59,832 nucleotides of DNA, taken from contig BCKZ01000013.1 in assembly GCA_001600815.1 (NCBI GenBank), forward strand, positions 645,621 to 705,452, given 5' to 3'. Below the pieces are notes generated by a model, which saw nothing but the letters and a program-made list of their open reading frames with translations, was not told the DNA's origin and did not search any database. Shown here one piece after another: positions 1-14,700 of the stretch (positions are counted from its first letter, which is position 1; the number at the start of each line of letters is the position of its first letter). A program made the translations under genes and the position numbers. This DNA comes from Alloascoidea hylecoeti. Taxonomy: Eukaryota.

Positions 1-1040
1 TTTCGTACTCTTGCAGGATCTTCATAATCATGGCCAGTCTTTTTTCTATATTGTCGCATTAATAATTCTCTCTCGGTGTCGTAGATATCTGTATAGCCGC
101 GTTGTAAAAGTTGATCGCAAGCTTCTGTTATATTTAGTACTGATCGCTTTCGTGCATTTTCTTTTGTTATATCTTCTTGAAGTTGAGTTAGATTATTATT
201 CCTGGATTTATTATGCCTACTCTTCTCAGAATTCAATTCTTGTAGAGCTTCAATAGGGGTTTGTGCTGGTTCTAAGATTTCGATTAACTGTCTCAATAAT
301 TCTCCATCTCCGATATAAGAATTCTCTAGTTTCATCTTCTCTTGCTTTGCTTTTTGACTTAGTATTCTTTCTGCTTTTTGGGCTTTCTTTATATCTGATT
401 TCTTAACATCTAAAAGCCACGAATCTTGATGTTCGTTTTCATCAGCCATATTTCTTGTAAAATTCAAATCAGCATCAAACTGACCTTCTTCTAAATCATC
501 TTCGAGTCCGAATCTTTCAATTTTCGGTTGGCTTTCGTCGTTGTCATCATCATCATCATCTTCTTCTTCTTCTTCTTCCCCTTCTTTGTCACTATTAATC
601 GTGTCATCAAACCTAACCCCAGATTTTTCGAAAAGTCTCGTTTCCTCGGCATCTTCTGTTCCTAGAGATTTTTCGAAAGCATCTACATCCAATGCTTCTA
701 CCAGGTCATCGTCATCATCATCAACTACATCTCTACCATTAACAAATCCCCTTTTAAGCCGTATTTTTTCCGATTCAACTTCCTTTGAATTATTGCTTTT
801 AACTTCCTTTAAATTATTGTTTTCATCATCACTATTGAACATATCATCGTCCGAATCATCAGCTTCTTCATCGCTACTATCTGGACCCTCATTAGATATT
901 CCTTTCCGACCAGTCTTTTTAGTGGAACCAGGTAAATCCTCTTCTAGGAACGCCTCTTCCTCTGTTATTTTATCATTCAGGTTTGGTACATATAAACGGG
1001 AATGATCACGAGAGTCAAAACGAAGAATTTTTTTGGCCAT
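1..1040 (-). CDS. LIN1: LIN1/CD2BP2 (U5 snRNP 52K)-like protein; 3' end runs off the window
   Basis: Hand translation from ATG at 1040 gives MAKKILRFDSRDH..., acidic SDEEADDSDDDMF, then KIERFGLEDDLEEGQFDADLNF and IYDTERELLMRQYRKKTG, motifs typical of fungal Lin1. It is not in the ORF track, presumably because its stop lies outside the window. Confidence 0.75.
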   Translation of the reverse strand, partial: MAKKILRFDSRDHSRLYVPNLNDKITEEEAFLEEDLPGSTKKTGRKGISNEGPDSSDEEADDSDDDMFNSDDENNNLKEVKSNNSKEVESEKIRLKRGFVNGRDVVDDDDDDLVEALDVDAFEKSLGTEDAEETRLFEKSGVRFDDTINSDKEGEEEEEEDDDDDDNDESQPKIERFGLEDDLEEGQFDADLNFTRNMADENEHQDSWLLDVKKSDIKKAQKAERILSQKAKQEKMKLENSYIGDGELLRQLIEILEPAQTPIEALQELNSEKSRHNKSRNNNLTQLQEDITKENARKRSVLNITEACDQLLQRGYTDIYDTERELLMRQYRKKTGHDYEDPARVR

Positions 1041-1670
1041 TATTGTATTCAGTGGGAAGAATAGTCCTTAAAGTATTTAATATCACGTGAAATATGCGTG
1101 TGTAAGCTTAAAGTTCAAAAAGTGGATGCAACTGTCTGATGTTAAAAGTCTGTTTTTGAATCACTTTACACGAATCTGAATCATTTCTCAGTGAGTTTAA
1201 ACCTATCTAATTCATTATCTCTAGTGTAGTAGCATATCACAACTATTTCTATATTTCGTTCCAGCGAATTAAGATCTGTTGCAATTGAAATGACATTTCT
1301 GCAGCTGGCTCTTTTAATATGTTTGATGAAAGTGGTAATAAATGTTATACTGCAGCGTTAACTGATACTTCTTCTTAAGCTTGTTCGTGCAATTTTACAG
1401 AATGATTTTGTATTCTATTGCCGGTGATGAAACGCCCTAATTATTGAATAACACAACTATAGTTGATAATTAAATTTATAATAATCATGCAGATACTTTC
1501 CTTTATCAAGTTGCCATGATTGGATACTTGCATTTTCTTACCTACAATACAGTACAGCAAGCTATATTTCTGGGCTAAAACTTTCCAACAGTGAGTTTAT
1601 TAGTCTTACAGCAGATGTAATCAATATCTATGATCTAGAAGATGTTTAAATCTAAAATATTAAAGTTCCT

Positions 1671-4600
1671 TTATATCAATTCAGAGATCATATCATCTAG
1701 TAATTTCATATCATACCATTCGCTGACATGCTTGAGTAACTTTATCTTTTGGAAGATTTCCTCTTTTGGGACTGTTTCAATCCATCCCCCAGAACAAGGA
1801 CAATAATCTGATAAATCATCAGCTCTGACTTTATTGCATTTATTACATTTAAAATCCTGTGAATGATAAGAGTAGCAAATCTTATCTAATTCATAAATCA
1901 GTCGTTCTTCAATAAAAATCTTATTGCAAGGCTTTTTGCAATCTTCACATCCCCAGATCAGTTTATCATCATCAATATCATTAACGCTACACAGATCAAT
2001 TTCTCCTACATGACCACAATATTCACAAATAACTTCAGACAGTCGTAATGATTGTGATGGGTTTTTAAATTCAGCCTCTTCGCTAAATTCCCTGATGTCA
2101 AAATGCCTGAGCAATTCCCTCCGTAATACTCGAACTGATAAGTTCATCTTTTTATCTAATCCATAAACTGCACAAATTGATTTAACTAATTGTAACGTGG
2201 GATTCTTTAAATTTAAATGTGAGCCTGGTAGATTGGGGAATTGAAATTCTTGTCTTAGTTCTGGTTGTATCATCGCAGTGGTTTGCTTTCTAATCAATTG
2301 TTGTACCCTTTTAATCAAAGGTTTCTTTATGTTTTCGATACATTTACCGTTCTGTGTTAATTCTTCGTCAACACTAAGTTCGTTTTCATTTCCCACTTTT
2401 AATGTGGTTTGCTTTTTTCCAAGTGATGGCGGTAATTGTGTTGCTCTTGGTGTAGTTTCACTTAATATCCTTGACTTCTCTTCCAATATTGCGTCTAAGA
2501 ATATATTAATCCAATCATTAAATTCAGATTGCAATATGGATGGTAAGAATGATCGAATGTGCCAATTCATCTTTGAAACCAGTGGCGGATTATCTGTTGT
2601 TATTTCTTTACAACATCTTCCCCCAAAGTTCTGATTATCCATCCATAACAGAGTATCATAATATTCAGTTACACTAACATCAAGAAAATGAAACAATGGT
2701 TTCGATCTTATGGCTTTTGAAATATATTGTCCATACGCATATGAATTTTCAACTGATGTTTTTGAAGTCTGCAAAATCAATCTATTTTGGTCCCCATAAA
2801 TTATCCTTGAGCCCATTTTCTTGAATTCTCCTGTTAATTGTAGGAATGCTTTTCTTGATAAATTATTAACATGATAATGTAATGCTGAGTCATAAAGATG
2901 CGAGTCCGGCTTCTGTACCCAACTAACAAAATTATGAACCATTGTATCAGCCATGAAAGCATTTGATTTTTCTTTTATTGCTTCATCCCACCAACCCTTT
3001 AACATTTGCCTTAATACTGATAAAGCAACTGACGAAAATGAATCCTCGGAGAATGACATAGGATTTTGTCCATCTCCAATACTAATTGATAAATCGGCTA
3101 AATCAGATCCCTCGGCTTCATTGATTAGTGCAGATGTTAAAACAGTGTTAATACTTAAATTTCTAACACTCAGTTCTAAGCTTGCGGTTCGATACAACCC
3201 AGGATTATTGATGATGGGAAATTGAAGTTGCAGACTACTATTATTATAACCTTCCTCTTTTTCAAACCCACCATGATCTGGCATTGGTTCAGGCGACCAC
3301 CAGAGAACAACATTTGCTCTTTGAAGCTTTCTAGCATAAATAACATCAATCAGAAATCTAACATCTGTCCCCTGTAAATTACAAATAGGAATATTGCTAT
3401 ATCGTGATAGTATCTTAAGGTGGGAGATCCAAGATCCCAAGGAGAGAAAATAACCAATAATCCGTTTGGATACAGGCGCTTGCCACCCTAATGTAGGAAC
3501 TGATACATCCATACTCTGTAATTTAATAATTGGTAATTCAGATGGTACTTTAACAATTTTTGCTAATTTTTGGGGGGATGGAGCTTGTAAAACAAGTATT
3601 GATTGAGTGTTCTTTTCCTCGTGAGCTTTTCTTGTAGAAGTACCAAGAGTGTTATATAATTTTTTCAGATCATCATAGTAAATAATTTCAAATTCCAACT
3701 TTTCAGAATATTCAATCACACTTATAGTCTTTTCGAGTTTACTTAATTTCTTAATAAATTGTTCATGATAAAATGTTTCCATGGGTGCTAGTGGTTGTGC
3801 CATTCTCGATGGTCTCTTAACAAAAATCTGGGCTTTTTCGGACCACGTTCTGAATAAAGCGAATACCTCATGTTGAATATTAGGGATATTAAGATGTAAT
3901 AAATAAATGTAATCAAATCTAGCGGTTTGCAAGTAGCGTTCATTTTCAACTGATTTTAAAGATGTTAAATCAAACCCATTTTCAATTCCCCTACCAAGTC
4001 CCCCTGGTCTTGATTCATCGAAAACACAAGATGTGCCTAGTTCCAGTAAGGCACGTTCGGCTCCTTTGATCTTTGTCTCATATATACCATTGACTGATTG
4101 ATGGAATAAAACGCTTTGGGCATTTGTCATTTCTTTTAGATATTGCTCTTCGGGCATAGTCATTCTGAATAAATGCTTAGAAGTATGGCCATTGGGTAAA
4201 GTAAAATTAGTCAACTTTTCAATTGATGTATTAGGTATAACTGAATCAGGTGGTAGTTCCTCTGTTCCAAAACTAACAATGACTTTTTTAGGGACCTTTA
4301 ATTTAAAATTATGAATTTTTCCATTAATGAGAGCTTGAAGTCTTACTTCGCCTGGAGTGTTTGTTTCGGCATATTGTAATATTTCCCAACTCGAAGAAGC
4401 AAATGAAGCGGCTTGGTTTCTAAACATATTACCGATGGTATTAGAATTATCAAAATTAGATCCAAATAGAAATTTCTTAGAAGTATTAAGTTTGATAGAT
4501 CGCTTCCAAGATCTCTTCTGACTTCGCAACCAACCCTTGTAGTCTTCTTCCATCAAAGGAGTAGTTTCATCGATAACAGTCAGTTCTTCATTTTCTTCCT

Positions 4601-7600
4601 CATTTTCTTTGGCCTTTCGCTTTTGTCCACGAACCGTAACTTTTGCAACTTTTCTAGTAATATTTGAAATCGTTGTTGGCCTATTTAAACAATTTTCAAT
4701 TTCCAGGGGTTCTTCTGCCTTCTTAAAGAAAGTTCCAAGATCTTTTTGTTTCAGTCTATTGTTTGAATCTCGAATTCTTTTTGCTAACCAATCTGGGTGA
4801 GCCACCCTTGGAACCGGATTTTTCACATGTTGGAGTGCAGCAGGAATAGTGATAATCTTCTGTACCACAGATCCGAGACGCTCTAAGTAATAATCCCAAT
4901 CTAGAATTGATTTTATATCAAAATCATTAAGTTGTGGATCCACTAACCATCTCCTTAAGTATAGCTTCTTAACATCTTCTTCAGATGAAAATATCGCAAC
5001 CGGAACTGCGCGTTCGGTAACAGGAGCACCAACAGGCCTCTGTGAAATAATATATTTACAGGCAAGACCTTTATCTTTTGTCATTTGGTTGCCTAAAAAT
5101 TCGCCAAGACGTTTTGCTGTTGTAATTGACGTTGACTTTTGCCCTCCATATTCCTCCAAAGATTTAGACATCATTCTATTTTCAGAAATCAATTCAATTA
5201 ATTCATCATTTGAAACTACTGAGCCCTTAGTAGTGAGAACGTCAAGCCAACTATTAGCAACTTTAGCAACTTCACCATAACATTCTTCCAAAGTATTACC
5301 AAGCAAGAAACATCCGAAAAGATCTGATTGGAAGTTTTTAACCAGTTGCAACTCACCTCTTCTTTTCAGTTCAAATCCCTTTAGTTCTGCCAACGAGCCA
5401 TCATCATTAAAAACGGCATACCTCTTTTTTAGACCTTTGCCTTCTTCTTTAGATGTAGGCAAGATCATAGCTTTATAAGGCCCATCAACCTCAAAGAAAA
5501 TACTATTTTCGCTGGAGGTCTTATATTTATGTTTTGCAGCATCCGCTAAGGTTTGATATTGATGATTTGTAAATTTATCGTGAACAAGATAGTTTAACAT
5601 AACACAAGGATAAGACACAAAAACTTTACCACCACCTTTTAATTTGAAAACATAATTTTCGGGAAATGATTTAGGTAATATGCACCAAATACCGTCTGTA
5701 TCTAATTCTAGAGGTCTACCCAATCTTTCCACCAGTGATCTAGCTATTTGAATAATTGTTGCACCAGTAAGACAAGTGATGCCTGCCATTTCCATAGAAT
5801 ACCATCTTGACCCCTTTCTCATTACATAACCGTAAAACGAGTTTAGAATGACTTTATGGGCTAATTGCAAAGAATCATATAAAACTATCATTTTCTTGGC
5901 CTCGTCTAGGCCATGGTGATCATCTTTAGAAACTTGAGAAGCCTTCTTTTTCCACACTTTGGCCAATCCTTTAAAATCATAACGACGGTCTCTAAAATCT
6001 CTAACAGTGTCAATATAAAAAGAATTCTCTCGTTGACAAATGATAGCCTCTCGTTCTTTAATCTCTGTTTTTTTAACCTTATGATAAACTTTTCTTGAAT
6101 AATCATTTAAACGTTTTCTTATATGTTGTACTTGTTCAGTATGACTCAAATCATCAAATGACCGTCGTGGAAGCCACGGCTTTTTCGGTGTGAAAGTCTC
6201 TAACTGTAAAGCTCGTCTAATCATGTTATATTCGTCTTTCTTAGACGGGTTGTAATCCACCCTCCAAGACCACGGCAATCTTCTATCGCATACTTTATTT
6301 GGACGATTGAAATCACAAGATGCACAGTCTTCCTCTGATTTCATCGAATCAGGTTGCAACCGATTTGTGATCATAATATTCGGATACATAGATGCAACAT
6401 CTAAATGATATATTAATGGCGTTTCGAACCGCTTAGGACTGTTTTTTAATGCTAGTAATGACTCTTTGATCTGATCTCTCACTTCTTCATAATTTTCAAC
6501 ATCTTCAAATTTTTTGTTGTTTTCAATTTCAACAGTGAACTTCAAAGACTTATCTAAATCTGCCAATAATTCATCAATCGCCGTAGGATCGATCTTAAAA
6601 TCTGTCGCTAAATCACTTCTAAATACTCCTGCTTCTAAACTTTCAACATGCCCACCAACGTATGTTTCACTTTCGATTAAGTGGCCATCATAAAATCTCT
6701 CGATTGGATCCATGTGTTTATTCGGTAAGAGGATATCTCCGCGGTAGGCCTGAACCATAAGTAACATTTCGCAAAGTGTTCCCGTACCTTTTCTTAGTAC
6801 ATCATCTGGGTTTAAAGGTAAAATCGTACAAAGTGAAAAAATAAATGGATGAACATATTTGTAGTATAAATAATAAGTAGCAACAGCATCTGAAACTGAA
6901 TATTCTGAGAGCGTTTGTGGTTTTTCATAGGCATAAGGTGTCATTAATTCGGGATCTAATTCAATAGGATTGTACCCCAATTTAGCAGTAGTAACAGCTT
7001 TAAGACCCTGACTACCCTGTGGTAGATAACTATCTCTTTTTACCCATCTAAAACAGTCCATATGAACACAATAATTTGATTTATATTCACCTTCCGAATC
7101 AATCTGAAATCCAATTTCCTCATACATATCTAACCCATTGATAGATGCTCTTTTTTCAACAAAAGGCCAATCAAAAAAATCACCATTATAAGTTGCAATA
7201 ATTGTGGGCTTAACATCTTGTATATGCTCAAAGAACCTCTGTAATACCGCTTTCTCATCAGATTCATTGAAAATTGTAAAGCAGCCAGGATATTCCGGTC
7301 TAGGAGTATACTCAAAGTCCTCGATATCTTTACTTATAATCTCTCTATTCGTTATCAGAAAGCCTTCACCATCAATCATGTAAGAAATCATCATAATTTG
7401 ATCAATTGCTGCATCAGGAAATTTCAGAGGTGCTTTGGAAGTTTCAATATCAAATGCCAGAATCACTGGATCGGCCCGTGCAAGACGATCGGTAAGTTCC
7501 GTTAAAGTGATGAGACCAGAGTTTGATTCGACAGTATACCATTTCCCAACTCGGATTTCTTTATCTATTGACACACGAACATGATACGGAACATCATATT

Positions 7601-8494
7601 CTCGAATATCGTCGACATAGTCTATGACCTCTATGGGGTTTTCGCTTTTCTCTATATCATCGAAATCATCCATGAAATTACTAACAAGACTAGAGAAAAA
7701 TATTGTTAGATCTCATTGAATACTTTTTTTAATTAATCAGAACAGTTTGAAGTAACTTACTTATTTGACTCTTGGTATAAATCTAAAGTATCCTTCTTAA
7801 GGTTATTTTCTGTTATTATTGGAAAAATCTCTCGTCGAACTTGGAGAAGTTCTTTAATATTGTTAAAAGTTAATTTAATAATGGTTCTATCAAGACCTGA
7901 TAAATGATTCGGCTAGAGATTAAATATTAATCATGTGTGGTACTAATTGGACGATTATACTTTACTCACCAGCGATAGATCTGTCTTGATTAATCGAGAA
8001 ATGGACTTCACCTGACCATCTAGTCTTCGTTGTAAGTACTCTTCAATTTCAGCTTCAAGACCATTCTAAGAAAAAAAGTGACTGATATTAGTATTATTAT
8101 ATAACACAGCATATATCTATAATCTTACTCTGCAAGTGATAAGAAAATATGGATCATATTTCACCGTGGCTTTAAAATAACCACCTTCTTCATCTAAGAA
8201 ATAATAATCAACCCCAGAGGTGCCCTCCAATACGTCGTCATCAGGAACAGTGGTAGAATGCATATTAATTAACCATCCAGTTTTAGCTGGTCCTGCTTCG
8301 TACCTATCAAATCCCATCTTGCGGTCAATTTCATCAGCTTTCTTGGTGATTTCGTGTTTACTGGCACTATCCTGTTGACTTATGAAGGTAGATGCGCCCC
8401 GATCTGTAGAAGTTGATTTAGCATAATTGTTTGCTCTTCGTGAGGGAGCATTAGCCGGCTGGTGTTTCCAGGCATTTGGTTGTCCCTGAGCCAT
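1671..8494 (-). CDS. POL2: DNA polymerase epsilon catalytic subunit, 4 exons (8494-8129, 8065-7970, 7912-7761, 7689-1671), ~2210 aa
   Basis: FDIET exonuclease motif, YHLDVASMYPNI, ELDTDG and C-terminal Cys4 zinc fingers. Three GT-AG introns join the 125-aa and 2000-aa ORFs in frame. Confidence 0.97.
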
Positions 8495-8544
8495 GATTAG
8501 TAAAGTTGAAGGTTTGTGAACAAATGAATCTTATATTAGATTTT

Positions 8545-8584
8545 ACGCGTTTTTTTTCGTGTTTTGGGGTGTAAATCCGGGTAA
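8545..8584. promoter_or_regulatory. POL2/YIF1 divergent promoter with MCB (ACGCGT, 8545-8550) and Reb1-type site (CCGGGTAA, 8577-8584)
   Basis: Exact motifs in a 166-bp head-to-head intergenic region. An MCB is expected upstream of a replication gene. Confidence 0.65.
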
Positions 8585-8660
8585 CCTATGGTTTTGGAAC
8601 AGCGTAGCAAAGTTATAGCATTTCAAACCATTTGCCAGCTGCCAAACCTCCACCTACAAT

Positions 8661-9868
8661 ATGTTCTCGACAGGAAACCCCACCAATCAGGATGAATACT
8701 CACAAGGGTACACACCAAGGGGCTCTCAAGGGATTAATACGCCTCCACTGCACCACCCTGTTCCACAACACCCCATCAATAACCTCAGGTCACCCATATT
8801 TACCGAACCTGCGCCATCTCAGTTTGATGCCTCTGGTGCTGAATTTGGAGTAGGAACAGCGGGTCATGTTAGGACAAGTGCTTATCAACCTCAGGCACAA
8901 GCTCCTCAAGTTCAGGTTCCGATGCCTAATCAACCCCAATTAGGAGGCCAACCTTCAAATATTCCGTACGGAAACTTTTTCAGTGATACAAGATCGGCCG
9001 TTGGCTTACAAGTAGGTAGAAATGCGGTTTTGGCCGGTCAGGAGTATGTCCAAGCCAATTTTAAGCAATATGTATCTGTGACAGAACTCAGATATTACTT
9101 TCAAGTATCGACAACATATGTGTGGAAGAAAATACTGCTGGTATTATTCCCCTATAGACATGCTCATTGGACTCGGGGGTTGCGAAGATCGGACACAGTC
9201 GGTGCACCTGATGTATTTGAAATTCCAGCCGATGATATTAACGCTCCAGATTTATATATTCCAACAATGGCATGGACCACATATGTCATATTACAAACAA
9301 TTAAAGATGGATTAAAAGGAGATTTCAAACCGGATTTATTTGGGTACTATGCATCCGTAACGACTTCATTGATTGTGGCTGAAATGATAATATTTAAGTT
9401 TGGAGCTTATATCTTCAATGTTGATTATAAATTTTATGACGTTTTAGCCCATAGCGGATACAAATTCATAGGGTATGTTTTAACGCATTGATTAATTTCA
9501 ATTATGTTTTGTTTCGTCATTGATAACAACCGCTAATCGATTATATGGAAACTAACCTCAACTTTTAGAATTATAATTGCGAGTCTGGCATCCTCATTAA
9601 TTTCAGGGAGGGTGTTAGTCTACTTAATATTTCTTTTTACTGCAACTTCTCTTGCTTTCTTCATGGTATGTCATTTGTCAAAATTTTAAATATGTTGTAG
9701 AGAAGATTTATTAACATGATTATTTAGTTACGATCACTACGAAGTGTTGCACTGCCAGCAAGCACAAGTACACAGACAATTACACAAAGACAAAGAGCGC
9801 AGCGCATTAAATCTTTATTTGTTTACTGTTACCTTATTCAAATAGCTTTTATGTTTATTCTTTTTTAA
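8661..9868 (+). CDS. YIF1: Yif1 ER-Golgi transport membrane protein, 3 exons (8661-9472, 9569-9665, 9728-9868)
   Basis: DINAPDLYIPTMA and LRYYFQVSTTYV motifs. Two GTATGT...AG introns restore the C-terminal LRSLR...FMFILF*. Confidence 0.9.
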
Positions 9869-11790
9869 CTAAAAAGTTGTTGAAATCAGTTCCCTCGGTT
9901 CTAAGTAAGCAAATTAACTGGCTATGCTTATCAATTGCCTTTATATATATATATATAGTCTCATGATGTTACTCTGGCACGCCCCCAAAGCTACTTATAC
10001 AACATGAATATGATTTTGCATAATAATTTATTTTTGGAAGCTAGCTTTTTTTAATTGACATAATGTGATTTGGTATGATCCCTGTAATTAGGGTCGGTGA
10101 GTTCTCTAACTATATAGCCCTTATATAATATATTTGTTTTTCTATAAGCTTAATATAATATATAAAGAGTTGTATGTATCTTATAAGTCTTATCTTCCAA
10201 AGTGTAATAATAAAGGTTTATGATAATTATTATTATTGAACCCGTGGAACGGCGTGCATATCTCATCGCTCCTGCAGGAAAAGTTTACTGATAGATCTTA
10301 ATTATAATTGCGTAAACATGTTATGAAAAATTATTCTATTGAGTTAAATATCGCGATCGAGTTATAGTATTATTTATCTCTACATTTTATCTTTCTTATA
10401 GCGGCAGGTGTATATTTTATTTGCCTTTAGCTACATAGCGCCGGCACGTAATAACAGACCTTATAACACTCATGATCAGACTGGAAGGAAATACAATTTA
10501 ACAACCTTCGTAAGCTTTAACTAAATGGCTAACTTTTAATAACTATTAGCTATAGATATAAGTTATATACCACCATAACACTGTAATACACTGTAATGTT
10601 AATCGCTTCCCTAGCATACAACAAACTTAACCTCATGAGTCATGATTGCAAATACCTATATCACTAGTACTACCATGGACTTACACTAAATCTGCTTACA
10701 CATAAGTATAACAGGATTCCGATCACGAAGGATGATACCATACGGTTAACAATAAGCAGCTTTAACAATTTCAGGATCTTGGATATTAATAGTATCCATT
10801 GCCAATTCTCGATTCTTATTTCAATTTTGACGCGGCTTGTCATCTGTAGATCCGTGGAACTTAGAAGGCTCCAGAATCCAGATAAAAATATTCTACAGGG
10901 GTGTAATCACCTTAAGACATAATTATATATATAGACTGCAGTTTCAGAGTTATAATCAATAATTCTATATATAAAGTTTATAGGTTATTACATTTATATC
11001 GATATCACAAATATAATGTTTATAAATAATACCAATATGTTATACAAGCCGGAAAACTTCTGATTTATAAAGAGACATTGTAATTATAACTTAATATTAT
11101 TTATAAATTAAGAGGATATAAAATTAAATAGCAACTGCAATCATTCGTAATACAGTATACTGTAGCTAACGGTGCAATTGTACAATGTTGAGAATAATCA
11201 TGGTATGAGTCACTTGAGTCACCGCGGAACTCCGAATTTATGGCCACGCCATAACTCCTTCGGTAACTCGTATGCGCTGATATCGATGTAGACTAAATCT
11301 TCTCTAGTTTCGCCTTAAGCTTGGCCAACAATATCTCTTTTCTGCACCGAATAGAGTCTACAAATAATGGGAAATCTCTCTGACTTCAGTCTACAATGAG
11401 ATTTTCCGTCGATATTATCCCAAGCTAAAAGGGTTAGGAAAAAAACATTTCTAACTATAAGGAACAGTTGTGTTTGAAAAATTTCTCTGCAAAAGGGAAA
11501 AGCTGATGATGGAGTATCGTTTGTTGAAATTGAGTGCATTAAAATTCACAATAAAAATATTGCATTATTATAAATAGTGGTACGCCGCACCATGCATATA
11601 CTACTAATCCGGTCCGACATCTCACGTGACTAAAGTTTTTATATAATTATCACTTAAATGTTTATAAAACCACCTAAATATCTATAAAACCACTTTAAAT
11701 TCATTTTCTGGTATTTATTCCATTTGGTCCCTCTTCCATCTGAAATAACTCTGTTAAATGAATGAGAAGAGCTAACTAAATCATAATAAA

Positions 11791-14700
11791 ATGGGTTTTT
11801 TTTCTTATATAACGGCTAAAGTTTGGCCTTATTTATCTGACAAAACGGCGAATAGAAGAGCAATTAAATGCGTTATTCATGCTACAATATGTTACATATT
11901 TTGTCGGATAACGAAAATTGTGGAGGTCTTGGGATTTTATCCTTCAATGCTGTCTCTTGTGGCTGTAGTGATTCATCCTGGACGTAGATTAGGGGCTCAA
12001 ATTGAAGCTATCTGGTTTTATACAGCTGGCATCCTCATTGGTAATGCCTACGCTATCTTTGGAAGATTTTTAGCCCAGCAAATACTCGGAGATGCCAAAA
12101 TTTATGAAGACAGTTACCTATTGATAAATTATCCACATAGGTACGAGGCTGCTCTCGGCCTCTTGGTAGTACTAGAAGCTTTAATGCTATTTATGCATGG
12201 TTATATTAGGGCTATATCAGCGAAGTTCTTCAACTTCTTATTCCCTATATTTATGATTCCACACTTCGCATATATGTCTAATTTAAATGTCGAAGCTGGT
12301 GTCGTTGCAAAAGGGTTTACTGTCCCGTTTTTTCTAGGAATGGCTATTTCTTTGCTAATCAATATTGGATTATGGCCGGAGTTCGGTTCTACCTTCTTAG
12401 GCAATTCAACTATTGAAGCAATTAATGAAATACATGGAGCTATCGACTCTACAACACAGTTTTTTATTTCCGTTCACGTCCCTGTAAATACATTCCGTTT
12501 GCAACAGATGAATAATAATCAGCCATCAGATTCGAATTCAGATACGAGGTCAACTACTAGTTTAAGTTCATCTTCAAACTCAGAATCGGCATCAATATCT
12601 GACCCAATCACTTATAATCCTACCGAAGGAATTGAAATCTCATTTAACCAACCACCTTCATCTTTGGCAAGTCTCATATCTAAAAAGAATAAAGTACGAA
12701 GTAAGCTAGGGGCATGTCATGTTGTTTTAGACCAATGTTTATATGAAATTTCATATTCATATCTATCGCCAGTTGAATTAAAAAATATTATCACTAAATT
12801 ATCTGGTGCTGCCACAGCTCTCAATGGTCTTGTCAATGCATGTCAGTTAGAGTTCGTATTACTTGGGGAATCTCAAATCAGGAGAGTGAGATCAACCGTC
12901 GCACAAGATTTAGAAGATCCTAACAAATTCCTTAAAGACTTGGGTATAACTAAACCGGAGAAGGAGATTTCCTTCGGTGATAAGGAAATTTTATTAGAAT
13001 TATTAGATAAAGTCAGAGCTCCAATATTCGAACTTCATCTTATAATATCTAAATGTTTGTACTTTGTAAAGAAAGGCATCATTTATGCGTATGATGTTCC
13101 TATAGATACTAAGAATCAATTACCACAAACATACATTCCCGAGGAGCAGGTTTACGAAAAAGTTGAAAATATGGATTATGCAACTTACATAGATGAATTG
13201 GCTAAATCAATTTCAAATTTCGATTTGGCTTGTCGGGATATTTTGCACGCTGGAAATGATACAGCTTTCAAAAATTTATTACCTCGAGATGAGATTTTCT
13301 TATTATCTTCATTCCTAATGAATACCAGAACCTGTTCTAGTGTCATTTTTGATATGATGAAGGAAGTAAAAAATATTGTTGAAACTAGAAAACGAAGGAG
13401 TAGTAGGGGCTGGTTCGGTAGAAAATTCTGGTTCTCATTTTTAAAGAGTAAAGAACAAATAAAACAATGGATTGGGCTTAATAATAGTAAACTGATACGT
13501 GTTTCTGAATCAGTCAGCTTGAAAGGTGATGGTTTAGGCTTAGGTGATCTACATGGTGCTGGTTCAATTCCCACTCCCCCAAATCCAACTGAGAATATAG
13601 CTACCTACAAGAGGCCCGTTTCAGATATTGGATTACCAACCACTAGCATAGAAAATGAGAGTAACAAACATATAGACTCGTTTGATAAGGAATGGAGTTT
13701 CTTAGATAAATGGTTATACTGCACTAAACACTTTTTAGCTGATGTTTCTGATTTGCCATATAAACAAGCTGATAGATTCAAGTTCGGTTTTCAGGTAATG
13801 ATGAATCTAATGATAGTATCATTTCCTATGTTTGTCCCAAGTATTAGAAGTTGGTATACAGAATTGAGGGGTGCTTGGATAGGTTTTGTTGCTATTTTGG
13901 TTTGTGAACCATCTATAGGTGATACAATCTGGAGTTTAATGTTGAGATTTGTGGGTTTAATATTAGGTTGCCTTTGGGCATATCTTTCTTATGTTTCTGG
14001 CACTAGTGCTGGAGGGGTATATCTTGAGGTTATTATTACTGCTGTTGGTGCATTTCCTGGTTTTTATTGTTTTGTTGCGACACCTTTTGCTAAAGCATCT
14101 GTACTTGGTATTATTAGTATGTATATTGTGTTAGAGAGTACTGAAATTATTGGTACTAGTAGTGGAACTATTCTTGATAATTTCACAAAGCGATTAATTG
14201 CAATGCTAGTGGGTGGAGCTGTGGCTACCGGTGTTCAGGTTCTAATTTTCCCTGTCAAGTCAAGAGATGAATTGATTAAGAATGTAGCAAATGCGGCTGG
14301 TTCTTGTAGTAAGTTAAGTGCACTCTTTGCCGCGGGTATTGAAGGTGAAAAGAACGAGTTTTTTGATGATGTTAGATACAGCGCCTACTCCAAATCTTCA
14401 AAGGAAGTAAATGGTTATTTGGCAAAAGCAGATTTTTATAAGAATATGAGTAAAAAAGAATTTCGTCTAAAGGGAAGTTTTGATGAAACTGTCAAAATAT
14501 ATGGCGAAGTTATTTATGTTATAAGGCAGATTAAAGAAAGAATTGATAATATGGCACAAATCCGAAGACATTACGGCTCTGCAATTATTGATGAATTTAA
14601 TGATGATGTTTATCAATACAGACGCCAATATGTTGCTGCTATTTGTAACATAATGAAGATAATTGAATCATCTTTGTTGAATAGATCGCCTTTGCCCCAA

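Noticed and set aside
541..1005. Ser-rich 154-aa plus-strand ORF and the many other short antisense ORFs
   Set aside because: They are shadows of real genes on the opposite strand, here the acidic region of the LIN1-like gene.
10030..10240. LTR-like AT-rich stretch downstream of YIF1
   Set aside because: No convincing TG...CA ends with a TSD and no similarity to the other LTRs.
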